64,000 bases of DNA from assembly GCA_002269645.1 (NCBI GenBank), contig NIVC01000661.1, forward strand, positions 83,754 to 147,753. Direction: 5' to 3'. The notes beneath the pieces were generated by a model. It was not told the DNA's origin. It did not search any database and saw only the letters and a list, made by a program, of their open reading frames with translations. This document shows positions 25,932 through 39,394 of the stretch, piece after piece (the stretch's first letter is position 1; every line of letters begins with the position of its first letter). The position numbers and the translations under genes were made by a program. The stretch comes from Macrostomum lignano. Lineage: Eukaryota.

Positions 25932-26084
25932 TCCAAGTTATGCAAGCTCCTATTTTATTGATTTTACTATAATTTTTATTGCGCTAAGAATAATTTAAAG
26001 TAATTTGGTAACTTTTCCTGTACCCTAAATCGTAAGAATCATTAAAATCTGACATTGAGAAGTTTTTTCAGGTTATTTTATCTG

Positions 26085-26200
26085 TAATTAAACACACAGT
26101 GTCTGTAATGAAACATACAGTGTCTGTAACGAAACATACAGTGTCTGTAATGAAACATACAGTGTCTGTAATGAAACATACAGTGTCTGTAATGAAACAA
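26085..26200. repeat. Short 21-bp tandem (AAACATACAGTGTCTGTAATG) about 5 copies
   Basis: Tandem copies visible. Confidence 0.8.
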
Positions 26201-26614
26201 TCACGATCTGTAGTGAAACCTTCATGATTTTTATTTGTCAATAAAGCTTTAAAATCTGCATTAGAAGTTTCATTCTTCAATCTATATTTAAAAGGGCATA
26301 GTGTACTTTATATTGTTGCATACTTTTGCGCTTTTAAGGCATTTCAAGACGCGCGCTACAGATTTTCATTGTAATTCACTTTTTCTTGCGTGGTGGCTGC
26401 TGACCGACCAACCGGTACAAGAGTCAAACATTAAATACACTTTTTGTTTAGGCCTTGCAATTAGCTTAATATCACTGGAACTGGCTGTACTCTACAACTC
26501 AAACGCAACGAAAGCTTTGTCTATTCATTTTTTAATACACAATGAGCAATCTGTAGCGAAAACTTGATCAACGGTGTGCATTTTCGTCTAATCTACGAAC
26601 TTATTTACTTTGCC

Positions 26615-27510
26615 TACCCATCTAGCTACCTAACCTACCTAGCTATGTACCTAACCTACCTAGCTATGTACCTAACCTACCTAGCTATCTACCTAACCTA
26701 CCTAGCTATGTACCTAACCTACCTAGCTATCTACCTAACCTACCTAGCTATGTACCTAACCTACCTAGCTATGTACCTAACCTACCTAGCTATGTACCTA
26801 ACCTACCTAGCTATCTACCTAACCTACCTAGCTATGTACCTAACCTACCTAGCTATGTACCAAACCTACCTAGCTATGTACCTAACCTACCTAGCTATGT
26901 ACCTAACCTACCTAGCTATGTACCTAACCTACCTAGCTATGTACCTAACCTACCTAGCTATCTACCTAACCTACCTAGCTATCTACCTACAGTGTAACCT
27001 ACCTAGCTATGTACCTAACCTACCTAGCTATGTACCTAACCTACCTAGCTATGTACCTAACCTACCTAGCTATCTACCTAATCTAGCTATCTACCTAACC
27101 TACCTAGCTATCTACCTACAGTGTAACCTACCTAGCTATCTACCTAACCTACCTAGCTATGTACCTAACCTACCTAGCTATCTACCTAATCTAGCTATCT
27201 ACCTAACCTACTTATCTATCTACCAATTACCAAACCTAGCTATCTATCTACTTAGCCTACCCATCTGTCTACCTAAGCTACCTAGCTATCTACCTAACCT
27301 ACCTAGCTTTGTACCTAATCTAGCTATCTACCTAATCTAGCTATCTACCTAACCTACCCATCTGTCTACCTAAGCTACCTATCTATCTAGCTAACCGACT
27401 CAGCTATCTACCAAACCTATCCATCTGTTTACCTAACCTTCTAATCTCTCTATCTAACCTACTTATATATATACCTAACATACCTATCTACCTAACCTAC
27501 CCGTCCATCT
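26615..27510. repeat. 21-bp minisatellite (CTACCTAACCTACCTAGCTAT)n, degenerating rightwards
   Basis: Tandem copies; explains the ORF at 26564-27340. Confidence 0.9.
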
Positions 27511-28213
27511 ACCCATCTTTTCCCGCAAATTTCTCATCAAGCTCCTCTGCACTGGCTATAAGGTTCCTCACAATAGAATCGGTCAGAAATTTTAGCTCTC
27601 GGGTCACCCGATTACTTCCGAAGTGGAACTCGCACAATGGCTGTCTGGAAGATTCGAATCTGGCCACTTCCGCGACTTCGAGCACCGATCCGATCCCGGG
27701 TAATTCTAATCCTTCCTTAGCCAGCATATGATACGCGCACATTGCCTCTTGGAAATGCTTCGAATAGAATAGCTATTATAATCAAGGCCGGATCGCGTGT
27801 GTGGAAGGCTCGAATCCCTGATCAGGCAACAAGGGAGGGAGAAGCAGCCATAAAAGATGAAGCTCATAGATACAGTCTCCAAGGCATCTACGAGCTAGCA
27901 GGTTGCCGGAGCTAATTTATTGGCTGAAAGCTCTTTAGCTGCTCTTATCTCTGCCACACAGCCGTGCTCGGTTCATTGTGCGGCCTGAATGTATGCCGTA
28001 TTTAACTCCATATTAATAATTTCTATACTGTGAATGCCATCTCGATCTAAATATTCATTAATTCAACCTGCTGCTGCTTTGTCCTGCTGCAGCAACAATA
28101 GCTGCTGCTCATCAATAATTATTATGAGCATTTTCTGCCGCTGAGTCAATTGACTTTCTTGATTAATCAATCTGTTTGTGCTGAAACTCCAGGTTATTTG
28201 TGCTGAAGCCTGA

Positions 28214-28650
<437 letters not shown>

Positions 28651-29300
28651 TATTTCTGTCCGTCGTCTTTCCATTCTTTGTACTGTCTGAGCTTTTCCTT
28701 AAAATCTCGGGATGCTCAATTGCCTCCTCGATCAATATCTTATATTGAAAAATCCGTAGCTTCATATCTAAATGCTTTCAAAGCTCTCCAGTGCTGTCAT
28801 TTTTATGATTTAAAGCACTATTTAGCACCTAAAGCAGTACATTTATAAACTAGAAATTATAACTACAATAATTTACTAAGCTCAAGGCATATAGAAGTTC
28901 TGTCTCTATAACGTATCGCCAGTTTGAAAGCTTTAATTTCCACGCACGATCTTACTATCAGCCTCCGTAATTAGCTATAATTCCCATAAAAATATGGCTG
29001 CATTTAGGTCTTACGGATGCTGAGTAACAAAGTGCAGCTGCATCATCATCATCATCATCAGAATCCTCATCAAATAAACGGTTGCAATTGTGCACAGGGG
29101 ATTAGCTGCGGCTCAGATATTCAGGACTTAATCTGCATCTGCATGACTGACATCTACATAGCCATCCCGTCTCCCATTATAGCTGATCCCGCTGCTTGTT
29201 CTGATGGGGCGCAGCGCACGCAGGGTCAGATTATATAAAAAACTGGCTGCCAATGCACAGCGTGAGCTCATTTTGCGAGAGCTCAGCAGGCAGTACTGGG

Positions 29301-29874
29301 CACAGATACTATAAATACTATAGTATCTATATCTATCTATCTATAGTGTTTATAGTATTGGTTTTGTCAGCCTAACTGAGAATAAAGCCATCCAAAGTGA
29401 GAATCCTGCCTACGCTGACTGCGAAGGGCCTGGCTGCGTGCAGCCTTAGTCTATGGGCCATAGACTATAGAGGACAAGCAAAGTGATAAAAAGCCATCCA
29501 AAGTGAGAATCCTGCCTACGCTGACTGCGAAGGGCCTGGCTGCGTGCAGCCTTAGTCTATGGGCCGTAGACAATAAAGGACAAGCAAAGTGATAAAAAGC
29601 CATCCAATGTGAGAATCGATTGGTCTATGCGTCGTATTCTTTTATTTTTATACCTTCTGAGCCATATGACTAGCCAATAGCTTGAACGGAATAACGGAAA
29701 CAGGAACACACTGGATGATACAGTACAGTAAAGTAAAGAGTTAAAATCCTAGACTCATATGGCACATACAGTAGACTAGGCTGGACGCAGCTAGGCCCTT
29801 CGTATTCAGCGTAGGCAGGATTCTCACTTTGGATGGCTTTATTCTCAGTTAGGCTGACAAAACCAATATCTGTG
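29301..29874. mobile_element. 574-bp hAT-like MITE with ~100-bp TIRs, internal ~108-bp duplication and a nested 47-bp insert
   Basis: Ends CACAGATA...TATCTGTG; flanks GTACTGGG (29293-29300) and GTACTGGT (29875-29882), a 7/8 TSD; 29356-29456 is the inverted copy of about 29770-29868. Confidence 0.75.
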
Positions 29875-30299
29875 GTACTGGTCACTGCAGGCTCTAGCTA
29901 ACAAGGATCTCAAAGGTATCTGCAGATATGCTCTTTCCACTGCTTTTACTCAGCACCTCTGGGCAACTTCCATGTTTACCGGGGGAATTTTATTTAGTCA
30001 AAGCGACCCAGTCTTCTTTCTACATTATATTACAATCTTGCTTTCGGCTTCAAGACTCAAATATGGAACTCAGTAATTTGAAGTGAAAGGATGTTGCAAC
30101 TTTGGCAAATATACCATGACAGATCTGGCTATAGGAGTTATTTGTCTCAGGATTCAGGGCAGTCGAAAGCTGCGATATTGACAGTTTTATCAATAAAAAT
30201 ATCGAATTAATCCTTTAAAAATGCCGCCCAAATAATCAGGAATAAACTCGAGTCTTAGGCATACAAAAAATTAGCCAACCATACATTATCCTCAGAGAG

Positions 30300-31190
30300 A
30301 ATCGCTCCTGAACCATCAAAAAGACTTGCCCCTGAACCATCAAAACAAGACTTGCTCCTGAACCATCAAGACTTGCCCCTGAACCATCAACGACACTTGC
30401 CCCTGAACCATCAAGACTTGGCCCTGAACCATCAAAACAAGACTTGCCCCTGAACCATCAAGACTTGCCCCTGAACCATCAAGACTTGCCCCTGAACCAT
30501 CAACAAGACTTGCCCCTGAACCATCAAGACTTGCTCCTGAACCATCAAGACTTGCCCCTGAACCATCAAGACTTGCCCCTGAACCATCAACAAGACTTGC
30601 CCCTGAACCACCAACAACACTTGCCCCTGAACCATCAACAACACTTGCCCCTGAACCATCAAAACAAGACTTGCCCCTGAACCATCAAGACTTGCCCCTG
30701 AACCATCAACGACACTTGCCTCTGAACCATCAAGACTTGGCCCTGAACCATCAAAACAAGACTTGCCCCTGAACCACCAACAACACTTGCCCCTGAACCA
30801 TCAACAAGACTTGCCCCTGAACCATCAACAAGACTTGCCCCTGAACCATCAACAAGACTTGCCCCTGAACCATCAACAAGACTTGCCCCTGAACCATCAG
30901 CAAGACTTGCCCCTGAACCATCAGCAAGACTTGCCCCTGAACCATCAGCAAGACTTGCCCCTGAACCATCAACGACACTTGCCCCTGAACCATCAAGACT
31001 TGCCCCTGAACCATCAAGACTTGCCCCTGAACCATCAACAACACTTGCCCCTGAACCATCAAGACTTGGCCCTGAACCATCAACAAGACTTGTCCTTGAA
31101 CTTTCAGCAAGACTTGCCCCTGAACCATCAACAACACTTGCCCCTGAACCATCAACAAGACTTGTCCTTGAACTTTCAGCAAGTATTGAC
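30300..31190. repeat. 21/24-bp minisatellite (TTGCCCCTGAACCATCAACAAGAC)n
   Basis: Tandem copies; explains the ORFs at 30432-31249. Confidence 0.95.
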
Positions 31191-31784
31191 TGAACCGCCA
31201 AGTAGCAAAGTCGATGAATAGCTTGAGATAATGTACAAAATGTCCTCAATCAGACAAAAGCATGTATTGGCAAAGAAGTCGCTGAAAAGTACATCATGCC
31301 CGCAGTCGCTGAGACCCGAGTCGCACCGTCCCTCTTCGTGGCAATTCCAGTGTACCGAGGAGCAGCAAGGAAGTACATAAAATACAGAATAGTAAAAACC
31401 CGCCGCAGAACTCATGCTGCAGACGATGAAGGAAACGAGAGTCTGAGCTCGGTGTTATCGGCCTCTCAGCGGGGTGCCCGGCAATTCGCAACCCCCTCCC
31501 TTCAATCTGGCAAATGAATTAATCAATTTTCTCTTGTCGGGTCGGATGAGGAATAGGGGAGGAGGCTGACCAGCCAGGGCCTCGGATCTTCGGAACATAT
31601 TTAATAAAGCCGGTAGTTGGGGCACCCCGCCACCCCCGGAGAGGGCATCGCAAACAGCAGGGGAGAGAGATGGATGGGTAGAGCGGTGTAGCATTTTTTG
31701 TTGACTTCGGCGAAGCTTTTCGAGTCAGCGTTGACAGTGCGCTGGGTGACAAATCGGCCTCTGATTGTACGGTTAATCGACTGA

Positions 31785-31836
31785 CTGACTGACTGGTTAA
31801 CTGACTCACTAACTAACTAACTAACTAACTAACTAG

Positions 31837-31867
<31 letters not shown>

Positions 31868-31881
31868 GCTAACTAACTAAG

Positions 31882-31977
<96 letters not shown>

Positions 31978-31992
31978 CAACTAGCCAACTAT

Positions 31993-32061
<69 letters not shown>

Positions 32062-32076
32062 CAACTAGCCAACTAT

Positions 32077-32151
<75 letters not shown>

Positions 32152-32164
32152 ACTAGCCAACTAT

Positions 32165-32214
<50 letters not shown>

Positions 32215-32215
32215 G

Positions 32216-32246
<31 letters not shown>

Positions 32247-32330
32247 GACTAACTAACTAACTAACTAACTGACTAACTAACTGACTAACTAACTAACTAA
32301 CTAACTTACTGATGAACTGACTAACTGACT
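31785..32330. repeat. (ACTA)n microsatellite with ACTG/ACCA variants
   Basis: Directly visible. Confidence 0.97.
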
Positions 32331-32909
32331 CCACAATAAACATCTCAAACTCAGTGCATAGAAAGAAATATCTGCAATTCCGACCAAACCCATTCCGTGT
32401 ACTCAGCACTCAGCAGGGAGTGATAGGAAGCCCCTCCTCACGAAACGGCTTAAGCGATGGAGCTGCAGTCCAGCCAGATCTCTCTTTTCAAATAATTTTT
32501 TCATCTGTGCGCCCACACTGCCTCTCTTTTCATATCTGTAATTTCCTAAGGTGCCGCCAGTGCGCGGCCACCCCGTGCCCCGGGAAAAAACTGAGCGGGA
32601 CGCCTCATCAGCCTCGGGCTCAGCCTCGTCTCCCCCACTCTTCTCTCTCTTCTTTTTCTCCCTCAACCTGCCTTTCATGCTTCGGCTTAATTTCGCAGGC
32701 GAATGAGACTCACAGGCTGCCCCGCCGTGCAGGTGTTCCCGCCACTACCTCTGTCCTCAACCGGTATGAATTATTTTTTGCAATAAAGGACTTTCACTTC
32801 TAAGAGCACCTGTGCACTCAAAAGCTGGTATGTTCGGCTTTCGTTTGATGAAAAATAGAATTACTTTTTTGGGGGGGGGGTATTTTCAGACTGAGAGAAA
32901 TTCAAGGAA

Positions 32910-33845
32910 GCTTCATAAGCACACACTGGCACAGGCAGGCAGATTGATAAGCACACACTGGCACAATTGCAGGCAGACTGATAAGCACACACTGGCACAA
33001 TTTCAGGCATACTGATTAAGCGCACACTGGCACAGGCAGGCAGATTGATAAGCACACACTGGCACAGGCAGGCAGATTGATAAGCGCACACTGGCACAGG
33101 CAGGCAGACTGATAAGCACACACTGCCACAATTTCAGGCAGACTGATAAGCACACACTGGTACAATTGGTACAATCACAGGCAGGCAGATTGATAAGCAC
33201 ACACTGGCACAGGCAGGCAGATTGATAAGCACACACTGGCACAGGCAGGCAGATTGATAAGCGCACACTGGCACAGGCAGGCAGACTGATAAGCACACAC
33301 TGCCACAATTTCAGGCAGACTGATAAGCACACACTGGTACAATTGGTACAATCACAGGCAGGCAGATTGATAAGCACACACTGGCACAGGCAGGCAGATT
33401 GATAAGCACACACTGGCACAAGCAGGCAGATTGATAAGCACACACTGGTACAGGCAGGCAGATTGATAAGCACACACTGGCACAATTGCAGGCAGATTGA
33501 TAAGCACACACTGGCACAAGCAGGCAGATTGATAAGCACACACTGGCACAAGCAGGCAGACTGATAAGCACACACTGGCACAGGCAGGCAGATTGATAAG
33601 CGCACACTGGCACAGGCAGGCAGATTGATAAGCACACACTGGCACAAGCAGGCAGATTGATAAGCACACACTGGCACAAGCAGGCAGACTGATAAGCGCA
33701 CACTGGTACAGGCAGGCAGATTGATAAGCACACACTGGCACAAGCAGGCAGATTGATAAGCACACACTGGCACAGGCAGGCAGATTGATAAGCACACACT
33801 GGCACAAGCAGGCAGATTGATAAGCGCACACTGGCACAGGCGCAC
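32910..33845. repeat. 32-bp minisatellite (CACACTGGCACAGGCAGGCAGATTGATAAGCA)n
   Basis: Tandem copies; explains the Cys-rich ORFs at 32861-33878. Confidence 0.95.
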
Positions 33846-34989
33846 AATTTGACTTTTCACTGCGAAGCCAGTGGTCAACTTTTATCAGATAAGATAATAA
33901 GCGAGTCTATAACTGAGTCATAAATTTTTTAACTGTTTTATAGAGTTCTTTAAAATGGCTGAAATAATTGAGCCCACTAACGCATTAGTCAAGCCAGCTA
34001 CATAGCCAGCAGTCATGTACTCAATATTTCTCTTTCAAATTCTCAAAATAGCAGCAGACAAAAAATCTGCTTCGAGCATATGCAGCAGCGGCTCCAGCAG
34101 TTTTCTGCCCAGTGAATTTCTCCCGTGAGCAATTATTTCGTCTTAACATCTTTTTTGTCGCGATGTTGCGAATTCATTTCTTTTCGCAACACCATGGAAG
34201 AGATTGAATTTGATACAAAATAAGCTGGGCAGACTCAAATTGAGAGCAGGGCTATAAATGCAGGTACTGAATTATGCGCTACGAATCGTCCCTTCTAGCT
34301 AGGGCCAGCCCCCGAGGGCAGAGGTGTACATGAGAAAGCCACGGTCGCTGTACACTCTGTGCGAGTACATGTATCTGCGTACGTGCTCAGGTGTCAACAC
34401 CAGCGGCTTAACTAAGTAGAAAAACAATTAGAAGAAACATTGGATTATCATTTGAGCAACAGAACAATATTATTTATGCATATTAATAGTTAGAAGAGAG
34501 AGTAAAAACTATAGAAGTTAAGTGTTGCTGGGAAATTCTTTTTGGAAGATAATGAAACAGGAAGAGAAGACCCGATGGGATGCATGGAGAGGAACGGGGC
34601 GTATGCGGGACTTAGGAAGTCCCCCTGTAAGGTAAGGCTTGTATGGCTTACACAGCAGTTTCCTGTTAGAAGCGCCCACTTGCTCGATACAGGATGTCTC
34701 CCGACTTTCTCGCTCTTCCTCTCGGGTCTCCGATCCAGTGCAGCTCATCCCCATGCAGCCCGAGTAATAGCTCTATGTGTACAGGCTTATACATAGAGGC
34801 CTTACATTCTCGTACTTCATCTAAAAATGCGAAGGAAGATCTCTATTGTCCAGAAGGGAGGTCGGAGCGCACGAGCTTTATGACATTGACTTAGATTTAT
34901 CATACACTGCATACACATTTCATTGAGGTAAGGTAGCACGCTTTAGCAGGCAGAGAAATACAAAAGTTAAAATCAACATAGATTATAAT

Positions 34990-35480
34990 AAATTCTTTCT
35001 TCCGACGCGTTTCGGTCTAGCAATGACCATCTTCAGGGTCTGGTGTATTTTTAACTCACACAACAACTTTATAAGTGAACAAATGTTAACTGTACAGTCC
35101 AAAGGGCATGTCATGGGCACAATTTTTCAAAAAATGTTAAGCATAGATTGCAAGTACATTGTTCAGACTAGTGCCTTTACTTAGAATACCTTGAGCAATG
35201 GCCCGCACCACTATGGGAGAGCTGAATATTCAGATTAGGTTTTTGGTCTTTAATGTACATGGATTCAAGTTTGTTGAGCCTAAAATCAGTTCTACACCGA
35301 TCAATAATTTTAAACTGCTGAGTTTGCTCAATTTTGCAACAACTGTTGCAACAGAGCAGGTGGTCTTGGTGGTCTCTGGAGCCAAATGTGGCTTATATTT
35401 GAAGCTACCGTTGGAAGTTGAATCCTAACCTACACACATAATAGTCCTTGAGCACATTTACTTGTACAGTCTGTACTGTA
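34990..35480 (-). mobile_element. Penelope-like retroelement 3' remnant (decayed GIY-YIG endonuclease plus pseudo-LTR)
   Basis: Minus strand 35320-35219 translates QQFKIIDRCRTDFRLNKLESMYIKDQKPNLNIQL, matching the C-terminal pattern of Penelope GIY-YIG domains; the upstream part is frameshifted; a hammerhead motif lies downstream on the same strand. Confidence 0.7.
35002..35038 (-). ncRNA. Minimal type I hammerhead ribozyme (Penelope type)
   Basis: Minus strand: cc CUGAAGA u GGUC auugcua GACC GAAA C gc GUC gg. Complete core, 4-bp stem II, palindromic ACGCGU stem III, GUC cleavage triplet, 2-bp stem I. Confidence 0.75.
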
Positions 35481-36039
35481 ATCTCCAGCATCGATTCTCT
35501 AGATGGACTCCTGCATAGCCAGCTCAAGTTGTAACTTCGATCATGCCATGCAGTTAAAGTAGAAGATAACTTTGAGCAAGTCGAGAGCATGTTGAGGGTT
35601 TTAAGATGGACAGCCGCGATAGTGCAAGTGGGTACAACTGAGCACGTAAGCTCAGTGCTGAGTATTAGTGCGTGAGGGAGATGTTGGAGACAGAGACCGA
35701 GAGCAGTAACAGAAAAGTTGTTAACTCTTATTCGCATGGGCTAATACGAGAAATATGAGGGCAGTTTTTGGTATCCTGGTTCTTTCGAAACTCCTCTAGA
35801 ATTTAAAACCGCACTAGTATTAATTGAGTATTTATTGAACACCTGAGGTCTCAATTCTATCTAGTTTTTAATGTGCAACTTCGATGCACTTCAGATTCTT
35901 ATTTGATTTTTTCTGATTAGTCATTAGTCTCTACCTTTATGCTTGCCCTTTGTGGTCTGACTGTCTAGCCTCCGATTGAAAGCGCTTAATTGATCATTGT
36001 CATCGTGAGAGAACTCGCATCGGAAGGTGACTATCTCAG

Positions 36040-37050
36040 GTGACTGTCTCAGGTGATACTGCGTCATGGTTGACTGTTTCAGATGACTGTCTCAGGTTGA
36101 CTGTCTCAGGTGACTGTCTCAGGTGACTGTATCAGGTGACTGTATCAGGTGACTGTCTCAGGTGACTGTCTCAGGTGACTGTATCAGGTGACTGTCTCAG
36201 GTGACTGTCTCAGGTGACTGTGTCAGGTGACTGTCTCAGGTGACTGTGTCAGGTGACTGTCTCAGGTGACTGTCTCAGGTTACTTTCTCAGGTGACTGTC
36301 TCAGGTGACTGTGTCAGGTGACTGTCTCAGGTGACTGTCTCAGGTGACTGTCTCAGGTGACTGTCTCAGGTGACTGTGTCAGGTGACTGTCTCAGGTGAC
36401 TGTGTCAGGTGACTGTCTCAGGTGACTGTGTCAGGTGACTGTCTCAGGTGACTGTCTCAGGTTACTTTCTCAGGTGACTGTCTCAGGTGACTGTCTCAGG
36501 TGACTGTCTCAGGTGACTGTCTCAGGTGACTGTCTCAGGTGACTATCTCAGGTGACTGTCTCAGGTGACTGTCTCAGGTGACTGTCTCAGGTGACTGTCT
36601 CAGGTGACTGTCTCAGGTGACTGTCTCAGGTGACTGTGTCAGGTGACTGTGTCAGGTGACTGTGTCAGGTGACTGTCTCAGGTGACTGTCTCAGGTGACT
36701 GTCTCAGGTGACTGTCTCAGGTGACTGTGTCAGGTGACTGTCTCAGGTGACTGTATCAGGTGACTGTGTCAAGTGACTGTCTCAGGTGACTGTCTCAGGT
36801 GACTGTCTCAGGTGACTGTGTCAGGTGACTGTCTCAGGTGACTGTCTCAGGTGACTGTATCAGGTGACTGTATCAGGTGACTGTCTCAGGTGACTGTCTC
36901 AGGTGACTGTCTCAGGTGACTGTCTCAGGTGACTGTCTCAGGTGACTATCTCAGGTGACTGTCTCAGGTGACTGTCTCAGGTGACTATCTCAGGTGACTG
37001 TATCAGGTGACTGTATCAGGTGACTGTCTCAGGTGACTGTCTCAGGTGAC
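36040..37050. repeat. 13-bp minisatellite (TCAGGTGACTGTC)n
   Basis: Directly visible. Confidence 0.97.
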
Positions 37051-37874
37051 TTGTTCAATTATCAATAACAGGTGAGGTAACAGGTGACTCATGATCAGGT
37101 TTCCTTAGCCTAAATGCTAGCTAAGTGAGGGTTTATTCCTCAAACGGGTACTTTTAGATGTAAGAATAGGCAAGGATAGAGAGGGGGAGAGAGGGATAGT
37201 GTTACATTAATCAGTGAGCAAAGTAGACACGCATGTACATGCAGAGATGGAAAGTGAGTAGCCGGTGCTGAGACACTTATCTGGGTGACTCAGCATATCG
37301 CACAAGAGAGATATTAGCAGGTTTCGCAAAAAACAATCACAAATTCTGTGAGCATAGCTTATCAATAGAAAATATGTCAGCAAATAGGACTCAACCGTGC
37401 AAGTGCGGGATGCCTGGAGAGCCGGCCTCCAGCTACATGCAGGAGTATTATGCGAACAGACTCAAGTGGTTCGTTCAGCCATCCCGAGGGAGCAGAGCGA
37501 GAGGCCGCTCAGCACAGAGTGAGGCCCTGAGGCTGCCCGTCGCAGTCGCTAGCAATTTGCCAATGCATCTCACTCTGCTGTCTCACGGCCGTGCATTTTC
37601 CGCGCGCGTACAAGAGGGCATCATCTCGCCCAGCCTCACTGCGTCTATGCAGGTTGCTCCATCACTCCCAGCTCCCTCTTGTCCTTTGCGCCCAGCCAAG
37701 CTTGCTGTTGTTCTTGTATTCAGCTCGATTTTGAGCACTTTGATAGATGATTTTTCATCAACTGACATGCCGCTCCCGCAGTTCAGCTTCAGTATCTGGG
37801 AGAGGAAAACTACCAGACTTATACCGGTGAAAGAAGGTCATAGCCAGATCACCGTCAGGTCATATTATCATAAA

Positions 37875-38487
37875 ACTGACACATTAATTTCTGTCCATAG
37901 ACACATCAAACATTATTCAGTCATAGACACATCAAACTGACACATTATTCAGCCATAGACACATCAAACTGACACATTATTCAGCCATAGACACATCAAA
38001 CTGACACATTATTCAGCCATAGACACATCAAACTGACACATTATTCAGCCATAGACACATCAAAATGACACATTATTCAGCTATGAGACACATCAAGCTG
38101 ACACATTATTCAGCTATGAGACACATCAAGCTGACACATTATTCAGCCATAGACACATCAAACTGACACATTATTCAGTCATAGACACATCAAACTGGCA
38201 CATTATTCAGTCATAGACACATCAAACTGACACATTATTCAGTCATAGACACATCAAACTGACACATTATTCAGTCATAGACACATCAAACTGACACATT
38301 ATTCAGTCATAGACACATCAAACTGACACATTATTCAGCCATAGACACATCAAACTGACACATTATTCAGTCATAGACACATCAAACTGGCACATTATTC
38401 AGTCATAGACACATCAAACTGACACATTATTCAGTCATAGACACATCAAACTGACACATTATTCAGTCATAGACACATCAAACTGAC
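37875..38487. repeat. 32-bp minisatellite (CTGACACATTATTCAGYCATAGACACATCAAA)n, array 1
   Basis: Tandem copies; same unit as 39395-41278. Confidence 0.95.
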
Positions 38488-39394
38488 TGGATTAGCTCTG
38501 CCTAAAAGTGCATCAGTTAAATCCAGTCCTAGTCGAAAAGCCCGAAAACAATAAAATTCTGACAGTCTCTGAAAATGTCAGTTGAAAAGCACAGAACGCC
38601 AAACAGACAGACAATCAAGTGACATTGGGCCATTCAGATTCGGAATGGAACAGAAAATAAAACGCGACTTTTTTATTGCATTTGCTTGAGACAATGGCTG
38701 CAGGAAATTCCGCTGTCAGTAAAAGGGACCTGTTTAGCTGGGGAGAAAAACTTCCCCATCTAATATTAGGAAGAATTTCAGATTGTGGCAAGTTCGCTCC
38801 GCCAGCATCCACTGGATAGAGCAGAGCACATAGTGAAACCCCATCTCAAGTCTGAAATCTGCACATATCCCAGAAACCGACAGAAGTTTTGTCCGCTCGA
38901 ATGGAGCGAGCAAAATCCCTGAACAAGATATTGCAAACCCAGCAACTCTCCCTGGCCTGGGTGCATCAGATGATGCTGCATGGGATAAGGCTGGGATTTC
39001 TTAGAATTGATGAAGATTGCTCTGCTATTGGGGAGTTGAGAGACAGTCAGTCCATTTGTATAGAGGCTGACTGGTTGCTTTCAAGCACTGACTTCTCTTA
39101 GATGAAATCTGAAATGCTTCGAAAGTGTCTCGTTTCGGCAAACAGCTTCCTTTGCGCCTCATCACTTGGCAAAATGAGTTTGGTAAGTCTGGCTTGAGCC
39201 GACTTGCTTTTGTGTGTTCAGGCAAGAGCTTGTTTAAACTGCGTGTTGAATTCATGATTTCGTAGGATTTGAATAGATGAAAGCTATGAATAGAATGAAT
39301 AGATGAATTCCATAGATGAAAGCTATGAATAGAATGAATAGATGAATTCCATAGATGAAAGCTATGGACTGGCATCACTCATAGGCACACCGAA

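Noticed and set aside
29293-29890. MITE acting as a precisely spliced introner
   Set aside because: The GT in the left TSD has no in-frame AG at the right end; the nearby CAG acceptor gives a stop in the required phases.
34320-34400. Second SINE copy sharing CGCTGTACACTC-TGTGYGAGT with 22088-22110
   Set aside because: Only about 22 nt of similarity, with no head or tail visible.
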